This document shows positions 38,620 through 47,489 of a stretch of 64,000 nt of DNA, piece after piece. Made by a program: the position numbers and the translations under genes. Source of the DNA: Bacteroidia bacterium (GTDB taxonomy: Bacteria; Bacteroidota; Bacteroidia; NS11-12g; UBA9320); NCBI GenBank assembly GCA_965216465.1, contig CBDCFW010000006.1, positions 1,056,001 through 1,120,000 of the forward strand, written 5' to 3'. The first letter of the stretch is position 1; every line of letters begins with the position of its first letter. The notes under the pieces are model-generated. The model searched no databases. It was not told where the DNA came from and saw only the letters and a program-made list of their open reading frames with translations.

Positions 38620-39681
38620 TCAAAACAAATTGAGCTGAATTTGCTGTGCTGATCGAAAGAGTTGCGTGTTATAATTGGGCAAAGGTTGGTTCAAGTGATA
38701 CTTTTTCTTTGCTAGCCTAACTTGCTGATTAATAGATTCTGCAAGCACACCTGTTCCGCTCATACGCTCTCCAAATGCTGAGTTGCCAAGTTTGCCACCT
38801 TGTGCCTCAGCGATGAGGTTTAAGACCCGGTTAGCTTTTAAAGGCATTTGTTTTTGAATCCAATCTTCAAATAATAAAGCAATAGCTCCGTTTAAGCGAA
38901 CCATGGTATGGCCCAATGAGGTGCAACCTGTTTGGGCAATAGCTTCTGCCAACTCAAATATTTCATCACTATTAAGGCCTGGAATGATAGGAGCCATCAT
39001 TACACTTGTTGGAATTTTATTGTCAATCAAAGTTTTGACCGTTTTTAATCGGTTGTGAGTTGATGAAGTGCGAGGCTCTAACAGTCTTCTAAGCTTTTCG
39101 TCAAGCGTAGTAATAGAAACGTGAATATGAACGAGGTCTTCTTTTGCTAACTCAGAGAGAATATCAAGGTCGCGACAAACCAATGAATTTTTGGTTATGA
39201 TGCCAACGGGATGTTTGTGTTTTAAACATATTTCAAGCAGTTTGCGTGTTAACTTAAATGTTCTTTCTGCTGGCTGATAACAATCTGTATTTCCGCTTAA
39301 CATTATTGGAGTGGCCTTCCAGTTTTTACCTGAGAGCTTTTTGTCAAGCAAGTCTGCAGCATTTTCCTTGATCATAATCTCACGCTCAAAATCTTTTCCA
39401 GCGCTATACCCCCAATACTCATGCGTAATTCGTGCATAGCAATACACGCAGCCGTGCTCGCAACCCTGGTAGGGATTCATGCTCCAATCTGCAGGAACAT
39501 CTGGACTATCAACCTTGTTCAAGATCGTTTTTGGATGAATCTTGGTAAAGTTGGTTTGGTTGTTTTCACTCAATACATCGGGGTCAAAATTTGCATCATC
39601 CCAAAACACCTCTCGCGTGTGTTTAAGAAACTTATTATGTGTGTTGATTTGAGCTCCCCGTCCTTTTATAGTTTCAATCAT
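38620..39681 (-). CDS. PA0069/Rv2578c family radical SAM protein
   Basis: KGRGAQ, NPYQGCEHGCVYCYAR (CxxxCxxC), GNTDCYQP; ATG at 39681. Confidence 0.92.
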   Translation of the reverse strand: MIETIKGRGAQINTHNKFLKHTREVFWDDANFDPDVLSENNQTNFTKIHPKTILNKVDSPDVPADWSMNPYQGCEHGCVYCYARITHEYWGYSAGKDFEREIMIKENAADLLDKKLSGKNWKATPIMLSGNTDCYQPAERTFKLTRKLLEICLKHKHPVGIITKNSLVCRDLDILSELAKEDLVHIHVSITTLDEKLRRLLEPRTSSTHNRLKTVKTLIDNKIPTSVMMAPIIPGLNSDEIFELAEAIAQTGCTSLGHTMVRLNGAIALLFEDWIQKQMPLKANRVLNLIAEAQGGKLGNSAFGERMSGTGVLAESINQQVRLAKKKYHLNQPLPNYNTQLFRSAQQIQLNLF

Positions 39682-39741
39682 TGGTAATATTATTATCAGA
39701 TGCCTTGAAAACAATATAACCAATTCGGGGTAGAAACCAAA

Positions 39742-40350
39742 CTATTTCTTCAGCAATCCCGCGTCTTTTAAAAAGTTTTTGAAGCCTTCTTTGGATGAAA
39801 TCATTTTTCTCAATTCACCCCAGAATGTAAGCTTTTGTTCAGTTGATTCTGGTTCGCTTTGAGAGTCAATGGTTTTAATGCCCAAAAGATCGTCGCTGTT
39901 TTTAAATCGCTCTCTTGCTTTGGCAGTATAACCTAATTTTTGTTCCGCAAGGCCTAAGTTGTTCAAGATTAGGGCATCGGTTGGATCTAATTCGTGGGCC
40001 TTTTGATAATCTTCGACAGAACCTTCCGTATCTCCAGTTTTGTCTTTGACATAGGCTCTTGAACTATAAAAATAGGGGTTGTTAGGATCTAACTCGACCG
40101 CTTTATCAAAGTCTTGCATTGCATGTTTAAAACGAAGATTAAACTTGCAAACACCTCGGTCATTGTAATAATAGCCGTTGCCAGGGTCTTGCGAAATGAG
40201 CGAATTCCAGAAGTTCATAGCTTCCTCCCATTTACCCAACTTTTGTAGAGCATAAGCAGTCAAACTTTGCGAATTTGCATCAGATTGGCCTTTGAGTGCA
40301 TCGATTACCTCTGAATACTTGCCAGCTTCAAATAATTCTTTTGGATCCAT
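39742..40350 (-). CDS. Tetratricopeptide repeat protein
   Basis: Repeated A..DF.KA.ELDP / NNLG TPR units. Confidence 0.85.
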   Translation of the reverse strand: MDPKELFEAGKYSEVIDALKGQSDANSQSLTAYALQKLGKWEEAMNFWNSLISQDPGNGYYYNDRGVCKFNLRFKHAMQDFDKAVELDPNNPYFYSSRAYVKDKTGDTEGSVEDYQKAHELDPTDALILNNLGLAEQKLGYTAKARERFKNSDDLLGIKTIDSQSEPESTEQKLTFWGELRKMISSKEGFKNFLKDAGLLKK

Positions 40351-40352
40351 TT

Positions 40353-40706
40353 CTAATTAAACAAATAAGGCCAGAAAATGATTATGGCCACCACGACTGC
40401 AAAGATACTTGCAATTAACACGGCACCTGCACTAATGTCTTTAATTAGTTTAATTTTAGGATGTACTTCTGTAGTCATGTAATCACATAAAAGTTCAATT
40501 GCTGTATTCAGCATTTCTGAAACAATAACCGCAGCAATTGCTGCAGCTATCCAAAGCCAATCGTTAGCATCTACATCAAAATAGAAGCCTGCAGTGATTG
40601 CAAGTGCGGCCGCAACAGCATGAATTCTAGCATTTGCTTCAGTCTTGAAAAAAGTAACAATCCCAGACCAAGCAAATCCAAATGCCTTAATGTAGTTTTT
40701 TACCAC
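40353..40706 (-). CDS. DgkA-family diacylglycerol/undecaprenol kinase
   Basis: EMLNTAIE, KDISAGAV, three TM helices. Confidence 0.9.
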   Translation of the reverse strand: MVKNYIKAFGFAWSGIVTFFKTEANARIHAVAAALAITAGFYFDVDANDWLWIAAAIAAVIVSEMLNTAIELLCDYMTTEVHPKIKLIKDISAGAVLIASIFAVVVAIIIFWPYLFN

Positions 40707-40772
40707 GTTGTAAAGTTAGGCCTTTGTCTTGAAGTTCTGTGATTACTCCGACCAACTTACCATTTGTTTCAA

Positions 40773-42830
40773 CTAACGAGCTATTTTAATTCTCATGTCT
40801 ACTGCAGTGATAGCTAAATCAGTAGCGATAAGTGGGTTAAGGTCTAATTCTACAATTTCAGGTACTATTCTCACGAGTTCTGATATGCGTAAAATCAGGT
40901 TGATAAATTCATCTTCGTTAATGCCTTTCTTACCTCGAATTCCTTGTATCAAAGGGTAAGATTTTAATCGCTTCACTAAAACATCTATTTGCGATTTGTT
41001 CAAGGGTGCTAATCCAGCACGTACATCTTTGAATACTTCTATTGCAATTCCTCCTAAACCAAAAAGAACTAAATGTCCTAGACCTTGTTCGTACTTGCTA
41101 CCAATAAATAGCTCAAGACCTTTATGCATCTTTTGAATGAGAATACCTTCGGCACCTTCTATGGCCATTAACTCATGATACGATTGTTCTAAACCTTGAG
41201 GGGTTCTGATATTGAGGTGAACTCCCTTTACTTCTGTTTTGTGCAGAGGACCAAGCACTTTTGCAACTAACGGATATCCTAGGTCTCTGCCTATAGAAAG
41301 ACTTTCTTCAAGTGTTACGGCCCTACCATGCTTAGCGATTGGGATTCCAACAGAAGCTAACAAGTCATTACACGCTTTGTCGCTAATAAATCCGTTTGGA
41401 AGTTGGTCCGCAATTAACCGAACCTCATCTTCATCAATATTTAAGTCAGGAGTAACATAATCTTCAGGAGAAGCAGTATAGAACACAGCACCTAATGAAA
41501 TACCTAATAACACCTCATCTGGGAAATTCACTTGACCCTTAGACAAGAATGAAGAAATTTCTTTGTTCGCATTAATTAATGAGGGCAAAACTGGGAAAAT
41601 TGGTTTTGAGCAGATATCCATTTTCACACGAAGCACATCATACACATTGGCCACATTAAATAGCCCAGGGCTTCCAAAAACGACAACCATGGCATCTATA
41701 TGCTTGAATTTATGTTCGCAATAATCAATAATAATACCTAACTGCTCGGCAGTGCCTGTTGCTAAGAAGTCAATAGGGTTATTAGCATATGACCCGGGGT
41801 GAAGAAAGCTGAGCAATTCATCCACTTCTGGACCTTCTATTGCAGGAACATTAAGTCCTGATTTTTGAAGAGCGTCTGATAACATAACTGCAGATCCTCC
41901 AGCGTGGGTAATGATGGCAATGTTTTTTCCTCTAAGCTTTTTACAATTGAAAATGGAAGCGACAGCTATCAGTTCATCTCGACTGCTGCAATAAACGATA
42001 CCTGCTTTTCTGAAGAGTGCTCGAACAGCCATATCCGAATTGGCAATTGCCCCTGTATGAGAAGCCGCTGCACGACTTCCAGCTTCTGTACTCCCTGCTT
42101 TAATTCCAGCAATGCGAACACCTTTTTTAATAAGAGAAGAAGCATGTTTTAGCAACTTTTCTGGATCTCTGATTGACTCAAGATAAAGCAGTTTTATCTT
42201 CGAGCTTTTGCCTTCTACATAGCTTTCATCAAGATATTGTAAGACTTCTTCAACTCCTGTTTGTGCTGAATTCCCGACTGAAAAAACGCTCGAAAATCGT
42301 AATCCATGTGGTATGCCAGCCTCCATTGTGAATAGGGCCATCGCACCAGAGCTGGAAATTAAATCACAGCCATATGCGTAAAGTTGTGGGGTAGGTGTAG
42401 TAAAAACCCCTTGATAATTTGGGTTGAGAACCCCAATGCAATTAGGCCCGATTAAACAGCCATCAACAGCATTAATCATCTCTACAATATCTTTTTCTAT
42501 TCGTTTCCCCTCCGGCCCTCCTTCGCCAAAACCAGCGGATATGATTATAAAAGCCCTTGTACCTTTGTGCTTTGTTAGCACATCCACTGATTGATGGCAG
42601 GCTTTGGGTGGAACTGCAAGAATTGCCAAATCAACATGAGGCAAATCTGAAACAGTCTCAAAACAAGTCAAATCTTGAACATTCTTGTCTTTTGGATTTA
42701 CTACATACAAATCCCCATGGAAATTGCCGTCCTTCAAATTCTTGACAATTTTTCCGCCTGGTTTGTTAAGGTGATTTGAACCCCCAATTACCACTATACT
42801 TTTAGGTGCAATTAATGCCTCATTAATCAT
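40773..42830 (-). CDS. ADP-forming acetate/acyl-CoA ligase family protein (fused alpha/beta)
   Basis: CoA-binding domain, GPNCIG, AAASHTG phospho-His, NPIDF, HKTE, ELDLNP ATP-grasp. Confidence 0.9.
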   Translation of the reverse strand: MINEALIAPKSIVVIGGSNHLNKPGGKIVKNLKDGNFHGDLYVVNPKDKNVQDLTCFETVSDLPHVDLAILAVPPKACHQSVDVLTKHKGTRAFIIISAGFGEGGPEGKRIEKDIVEMINAVDGCLIGPNCIGVLNPNYQGVFTTPTPQLYAYGCDLISSSGAMALFTMEAGIPHGLRFSSVFSVGNSAQTGVEEVLQYLDESYVEGKSSKIKLLYLESIRDPEKLLKHASSLIKKGVRIAGIKAGSTEAGSRAAASHTGAIANSDMAVRALFRKAGIVYCSSRDELIAVASIFNCKKLRGKNIAIITHAGGSAVMLSDALQKSGLNVPAIEGPEVDELLSFLHPGSYANNPIDFLATGTAEQLGIIIDYCEHKFKHIDAMVVVFGSPGLFNVANVYDVLRVKMDICSKPIFPVLPSLINANKEISSFLSKGQVNFPDEVLLGISLGAVFYTASPEDYVTPDLNIDEDEVRLIADQLPNGFISDKACNDLLASVGIPIAKHGRAVTLEESLSIGRDLGYPLVAKVLGPLHKTEVKGVHLNIRTPQGLEQSYHELMAIEGAEGILIQKMHKGLELFIGSKYEQGLGHLVLFGLGGIAIEVFKDVRAGLAPLNKSQIDVLVKRLKSYPLIQGIRGKKGINEDEFINLILRISELVRIVPEIVELDLNPLIATDLAITAVDMRIKIAR

Positions 42831-42863
42831 GGTACAAAGCTAGATACGGTAAAAATTTACAAT

Positions 42864-42963
42864 ATGATTGGAGTCATAATTTGAGATGGTTTTTGGTATT
42901 GACTTATGTTACCTAGGTTACGTAAGTAGTTGAAAATGAACAATTTTGTATGATGGCTGTCAT
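42864..42963. promoter_or_regulatory. Two CRP/FNR-like boxes in a divergent promoter region
   Basis: ATGAT-TGGA-GTCAT (42864-42877) and ATGAT-GGCT-GTCAT (42950-42963). Confidence 0.45.
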
Positions 42964-43028
42964 TTTGAGTGATGATTGAACTCAGGTCGCTTTATTGCCC
43001 CATTGTTTTGATAGAACTTTGAGTTGTT

Positions 43029-43769
43029 ATGACAAGAATATATAAGATAATACTAATAGTTGCAGCTTTAACATTTATCGTAGTAAGTCAAGGCTGTAAA
43101 GACGATGATCTAGTTGAGCAAGATTCAAAGCTAACCCTAACTGTAAATCCTCAGTTGTATGGAAATTTAATCGAGTTTGATTCGGCAAAGTATCAGAATG
43201 AGTTAAATGAAAAGTTTGAGGTTTCAACGTTGAAGTACTTCCTCTCTTCAATCTATTTGCACAATCAAGATGGAGATAGTGTTTTATTAAAAGACGTACA
43301 ATATTTTGATGGAAGAGATCTAGATGGTCATCGATTTGAAGTAAACTTAAAGAACGGGAAGTACACCATGATGACCGTCTATTTTGGAATTCCAGCTTCT
43401 GAAAATATCACCAATCGATTCAATAATCCTCCTGAAAGTCAAATGGTGTGGCCTGTTGCGATGGGAGGGGGATATCACTACATGAAGTTTGAGGGAAAAT
43501 TTTTGGATACCAATCAGCTTACAAAAAACTTTCAACTGCATACCGGTCCAACCATGGGTAATGATTTCAGTGTGAGGTATGAATTTCCATTGAATTTGGA
43601 TGTTGATCACGATTCAAATATCGAGCTGCTTGTTCATTTAGATCGTTGGTTAAATAGCCCAAACGTTTTGAGCTTTGAAGTGCTTTCGATGATAATGGGA
43701 AACATGGAAATGCAAATGAAGCTAAAGGCCAATGGTACTAATGTTATTGAACTTGGATTGATTGAATAA
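43029..43769 (+). CDS. MbnP family lipoprotein
   Basis: Lipobox SQGC, LKYFLS.I.L, MVW...GY..MKFEG, HTG; adjacent to di-heme enzyme. Confidence 0.8.
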   Translation: MTRIYKIILIVAALTFIVVSQGCKDDDLVEQDSKLTLTVNPQLYGNLIEFDSAKYQNELNEKFEVSTLKYFLSSIYLHNQDGDSVLLKDVQYFDGRDLDGHRFEVNLKNGKYTMMTVYFGIPASENITNRFNNPPESQMVWPVAMGGGYHYMKFEGKFLDTNQLTKNFQLHTGPTMGNDFSVRYEFPLNLDVDHDSNIELLVHLDRWLNSPNVLSFEVLSMIMGNMEMQMKLKANGTNVIELGLIE

Positions 43770-44761
43770 TGAAGAAGCTTGGTATAATAATAGCACTCCT
43801 GATTGTAGTGGGTACAATACATTCGTGTAAAGAAGATGAACAAATAGAAAAAGAATTTGGAACTCCTTTAGCGATTGAAACCCCTGAGAACTTTCCTGAT
43901 CTAGAAATCAATTCAGACAATCCGATTACGGAAGAAGGAGTGCAATTGGGACGAAAGTTATACTACGACGCACAATTGAATTCAGTTGAAGACAAGAGCT
44001 GTGCAAGTTGTCATGATCAGAATACTGGCTTTTCTACCTTTTCATCAAATGCATTGGCACATATCAATCTGGGATGGAACTCGAGCTTCCTCTGGAATGG
44101 AGCCGTTGAGGGAAGTCTGGAAGACATCATGTTGTTTGAAGTAGAAGATTTCTTTAGAGCAGATGTAGATCGCTTTAATAGCAACGAAACGTATCGAAAG
44201 GAATTTAAAGAGGCTTTCGGAATTGACGAAATTACCACAACCTATCTTGCATATGCTTTGGCCCAATTTGAACGAACAAAGATTTCGGCAAATTCAAAAT
44301 ACGATCAGTTTATGCGAGGGGAGGTCGCACTAACTCCTTCAGAACGAAGAGGATGGATATTCTTCAACACAGAAAAGGGAGACTGCTTTCATTGCCACGG
44401 TACAGAATTGTTTACCAGCAATTTACATCACAACAACGGACTTGATTCATTGCCGGAACCAGGAAGAATGGCAGTTACGAACAACCCATTAGATAAAGGG
44501 AAATTTAAAAGTCCTACGCTTCGAAATATTGCGGTTACCGCTCCTTACATGCACGATGGCCGATTTGAAACACTTGAAGAAGTAGTTCGGTTTTACAGTG
44601 AGGGAATTCAGCACTCGCCCACTATTGATCCGTTAATGAAGCAGGTTGAAGGTGGAGGAATTGGCCTAACAGAACAAGAAATTTTGGACTTAGTAGCCTT
44701 TCTTGAAACTTTAACAGATACTTCATTTTTGAACAACCCTGATTTCACGGATCCTTTTTAA
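43769..44761 (+). CDS. Di-heme cytochrome c peroxidase/MauG family (MbnH-like) lipoprotein
   Basis: CASCH and CFHCH heme motifs, FKSPTLRN, PYMHDG, LVAFL..LTD. Confidence 0.92.
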   Translation: MKKLGIIIALLIVVGTIHSCKEDEQIEKEFGTPLAIETPENFPDLEINSDNPITEEGVQLGRKLYYDAQLNSVEDKSCASCHDQNTGFSTFSSNALAHINLGWNSSFLWNGAVEGSLEDIMLFEVEDFFRADVDRFNSNETYRKEFKEAFGIDEITTTYLAYALAQFERTKISANSKYDQFMRGEVALTPSERRGWIFFNTEKGDCFHCHGTELFTSNLHHNNGLDSLPEPGRMAVTNNPLDKGKFKSPTLRNIAVTAPYMHDGRFETLEEVVRFYSEGIQHSPTIDPLMKQVEGGGIGLTEQEILDLVAFLETLTDTSFLNNPDFTDPF

Positions 44762-44812
44762 CTGTTTATAAAATTAATTGGTTGAGCTGATGTGATTTCT
44801 ACCTTTGAACCG

Positions 44813-44947
44813 ATGAGAAATGAACCGCTGGAATCTTTAACTAATGACCAAGAAAAGGAGAGGATGCTAATCGCACATCAGCAGAAATTTGTACAGGGGT
44901 TAAAACAAAAACCTTGTACGCGATGCAGTATTCCACCACGTAAGTGA
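44813..44947 (+). CDS. Candidate small protein, 44 aa, with C-terminal CxxC
   Basis: MRNEPLESLTNDQEKERMLIAHQQKFVQGLKQKPCTRCSIPPRK; TACCTTTG -7 element 5 nt before the ATG. Confidence 0.4.
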   Translation: MRNEPLESLTNDQEKERMLIAHQQKFVQGLKQKPCTRCSIPPRK

Positions 44948-45253
44948 TTAGCTGGCAACGTAGTTCTTTGCAGACTCCGCAAATTCAGACCATCGATTTT
45001 TATATTCATAAGGTACTTGTACCCATTCTTTCATTGCACGTCCTTTTCCTGAAGGATCAAAAAGTTGCGAGCCATCAAGTTCAAGTGCACTGCTGTGAGC
45101 TTCACCATTCAACTTAAAAACCATTTCATTATTGAAGAAGCAGGTAAAAGCCTTGCCGTTGATTTTAAAACAAGGTTTACCAAACATCTGGCTGCTTACC
45201 GAATCTTGTATGGATTCTCCAACACTTTGATAAAACTTTTCGATATCGTTCAC
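44948..45253 (-). CDS. TfoX-N/YjbR-like small protein
   Basis: QMFGKPC..INGKAF, FDPSG..R.MKEWV. Confidence 0.7.
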   Translation of the reverse strand: MNDIEKFYQSVGESIQDSVSSQMFGKPCFKINGKAFTCFFNNEMVFKLNGEAHSSALELDGSQLFDPSGKGRAMKEWVQVPYEYKNRWSEFAESAKNYVAS

Positions 45254-45275
45254 TGTTCAAAAATATATATTTGAG

Positions 45276-46079
45276 ATGAAGATGGAAGGTAAAACAGTGC
45301 TAATAACGGGGTGCAATTCTGGAATTGGCCTATCTACAGCAAGATTGCTTGCTGAGAAGGGTGCTCGTATAATCGGTTTAGCAAGAACGCAAGAAAAAGC
45401 ACAAAATGCTTTAGCCCCATTACCAGGAGAGCATGTGGCAGTGGTTTGCGAGCTTTCTGACTTGACAAGCATTAAGAATGCAATTTCACAAATTGATGAA
45501 GAATTAGATGTAATTATAGCCAACGCAGGAATAATGGCGGTTCAGCAATTGGAATTGATCTACGGTATAGAATCGCATTTGTTTGTTAATCACTTTGCCC
45601 ATGCGTTTCTGATAGACGGTTTGCTCGGGCAACTGAAGAGTGATGGACGTGTGTTGGTTCTCTCAAGTGGGGCACATAATAATGCTCGAAGCGGAATAGA
45701 TTTGAACGATTTAGGTTGGAAAAGGAGGTACAGTGCTTGGGCGGCATATGGTCAATCGAAATTAGCAAACATTTTGTATGTAAAAGCCTTAGCGAAGAAG
45801 CTCGGCCCTAAACAAGTAGCACATGCTATACATCCTGGAATTATTGCTACAAATTTATGGCGGCATGTTCCAGATGATAAAGATAAGTACACTATGAAAT
45901 CATCAGATGAAGGAGCAGCTACTTCGGTTATTTTAGCTTCAGAGAGGATTGGTGCGGAAAGCACCGCAAATTATTGGTCGGGAGGCAAGATTGCTATTCC
46001 CTCTCAGTTTGCATTGAACATTGAATTGCGTGATGAACTTTGGAAACTAACTCAAGAATTCATTCAAGAACATCGCTAA
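45276..46079 (+). CDS. Short-chain dehydrogenase/reductase (retinol dehydrogenase/WWOX-like)
   Basis: TGCNSGIG, NAGIM, YGQSK, HPG; true start may be the ATG at 45282. Confidence 0.92.
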   Translation: MKMEGKTVLITGCNSGIGLSTARLLAEKGARIIGLARTQEKAQNALAPLPGEHVAVVCELSDLTSIKNAISQIDEELDVIIANAGIMAVQQLELIYGIESHLFVNHFAHAFLIDGLLGQLKSDGRVLVLSSGAHNNARSGIDLNDLGWKRRYSAWAAYGQSKLANILYVKALAKKLGPKQVAHAIHPGIIATNLWRHVPDDKDKYTMKSSDEGAATSVILASERIGAESTANYWSGGKIAIPSQFALNIELRDELWKLTQEFIQEHR

Positions 46080-46273
46080 AACAGATTAAACCAATAACCG
46101 AGTAGAATAACTAGGTTGATGGCTATAAAACCTAGGATAAAATAGTAAATAAACACTCCGTGCTTTTTTAGTTTGTCTGACCATCCTAAGGCAGCGAAGA
46201 TGAGGCTTAACAAAAAGGTGAGAATTACCATACTGATAAGTCCAATTGCTGCGGCTAGATAATAGTATAACAC
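46076..46273 (-). CDS. Small two-TM membrane protein
   Basis: 65 aa, two hydrophobic helices; fills the gap between genes. Confidence 0.55.
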   Translation of the reverse strand: MLYYYLAAAIGLISMVILTFLLSLIFAALGWSDKLKKHGVFIYYFILGFIAINLVILLGYWFNLF

Positions 46274-46321
46274 GGTATTAGTTTAAATTTGCAATATAAA
46301 ATCATTTCCTAACTTTGGAGA

Positions 46322-46984
46322 ATGTTGGAATTGCCTTTGTATATCTACATTCTCTTCGGACTTACAGTTTTGGCGACAATTTTAGGATTTTACTGGGCAT
46401 CAAAATCGAAGACTTTTCTAATCGTTTGTTTGAGTTGGGTAATTGTCCAGTCTGTTCTTGCTTATAACGGTGCCTTTTTAGAATTGTCCGTACTTCCACC
46501 GCGATTAATTGTGATAGGGATAGTTCCAACGTTGTTGGCCATTTTACTGATGTTCCTCACCCAAAGAGGGAGGAGTTTCATAGATGGAATTGATTTAAAA
46601 AAACTCACCTACATGCATACTATTCGGATTCCTATGGAAATCGTTTTAGTGCTGCTATTCCACCAGGGATTGATTAATGAGTTGCAAACCTTTGAAGGAA
46701 CTAACTTTGATATTATTTCAGGGATTACAGCTCCATTTGTTGCCTATTTGTGGTATAGAAAGCCTGAGAAAAAGAAGTGGCTTTTGATATGGAATATTGT
46801 ATGCTTGTTGCTGTTATTGAATGTGGTAATTACTTCAGCTTTGGCTTTCCCAACTCCACTTCAGCAATTAGGGTTTGATCAACCGAATATAGCCATGGTA
46901 TACTTCCCTTTTAATTTATTGCCTGCGGTGGTTGTTCCGCTAGTGATATTTGCACATTTAATAAGTTTTAGACGATTGAGATGA
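46322..46984 (+). CDS. Conserved hypothetical membrane protein
   Basis: About six TM helices; GTNFDI, QPN...FPF..LP motifs. Confidence 0.75.
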   Translation: MLELPLYIYILFGLTVLATILGFYWASKSKTFLIVCLSWVIVQSVLAYNGAFLELSVLPPRLIVIGIVPTLLAILLMFLTQRGRSFIDGIDLKKLTYMHTIRIPMEIVLVLLFHQGLINELQTFEGTNFDIISGITAPFVAYLWYRKPEKKKWLLIWNIVCLLLLLNVVITSALAFPTPLQQLGFDQPNIAMVYFPFNLLPAVVVPLVIFAHLISFRRLR

Positions 46985-47445
46985 ATTTGTACATGGCCAA
47001 TAGATTGCGAGAAGTGTTCTTGAGTGGTAAATGGATAGCCAATACTAATTATGCCGATTTGCTTGAGGATGTAGACTTGAATCAAGCAAGGCAACAAGTA
47101 GCAAATTTGAATACCATTGCTGCACTAACTTTTCATATTAATTATTATTTAGAAGGCTTGCTTAATGTTTTTAGAGGTGGAGAGTTAGCGATTAAAGATC
47201 AATACAGTTTTGATATGGCTCCACTAGAGTCGGAGGAGGACTGGCAGAAGCTAAAAGTTCGATTTTTACAGAACGCTTCGGATTTTGCAGATGAAGTAGA
47301 ACAAATGACTATTGATCAACTTAATGCACCGTTTGTAAAAGAGCAATATGGAAGTTATCTGCGAAATATTGAGGGCGTAATTGAGCACAGTTACTACCAC
47401 ATGGGTCAGGTTTCAATTATTAAAAAGATGATTCGATCGATTTAG
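46981..47445 (+). CDS. DinB/DUF1572-like protein
   Basis: NTIAALTFH and IEHSYYHMGQ His triad. Confidence 0.85.
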   Translation: MNLYMANRLREVFLSGKWIANTNYADLLEDVDLNQARQQVANLNTIAALTFHINYYLEGLLNVFRGGELAIKDQYSFDMAPLESEEDWQKLKVRFLQNASDFADEVEQMTIDQLNAPFVKEQYGSYLRNIEGVIEHSYYHMGQVSIIKKMIRSI

Positions 47446-47489
47446 ACCAAAACTCTAGACTAATCGTTATAATTCTATATTTGAATTGA

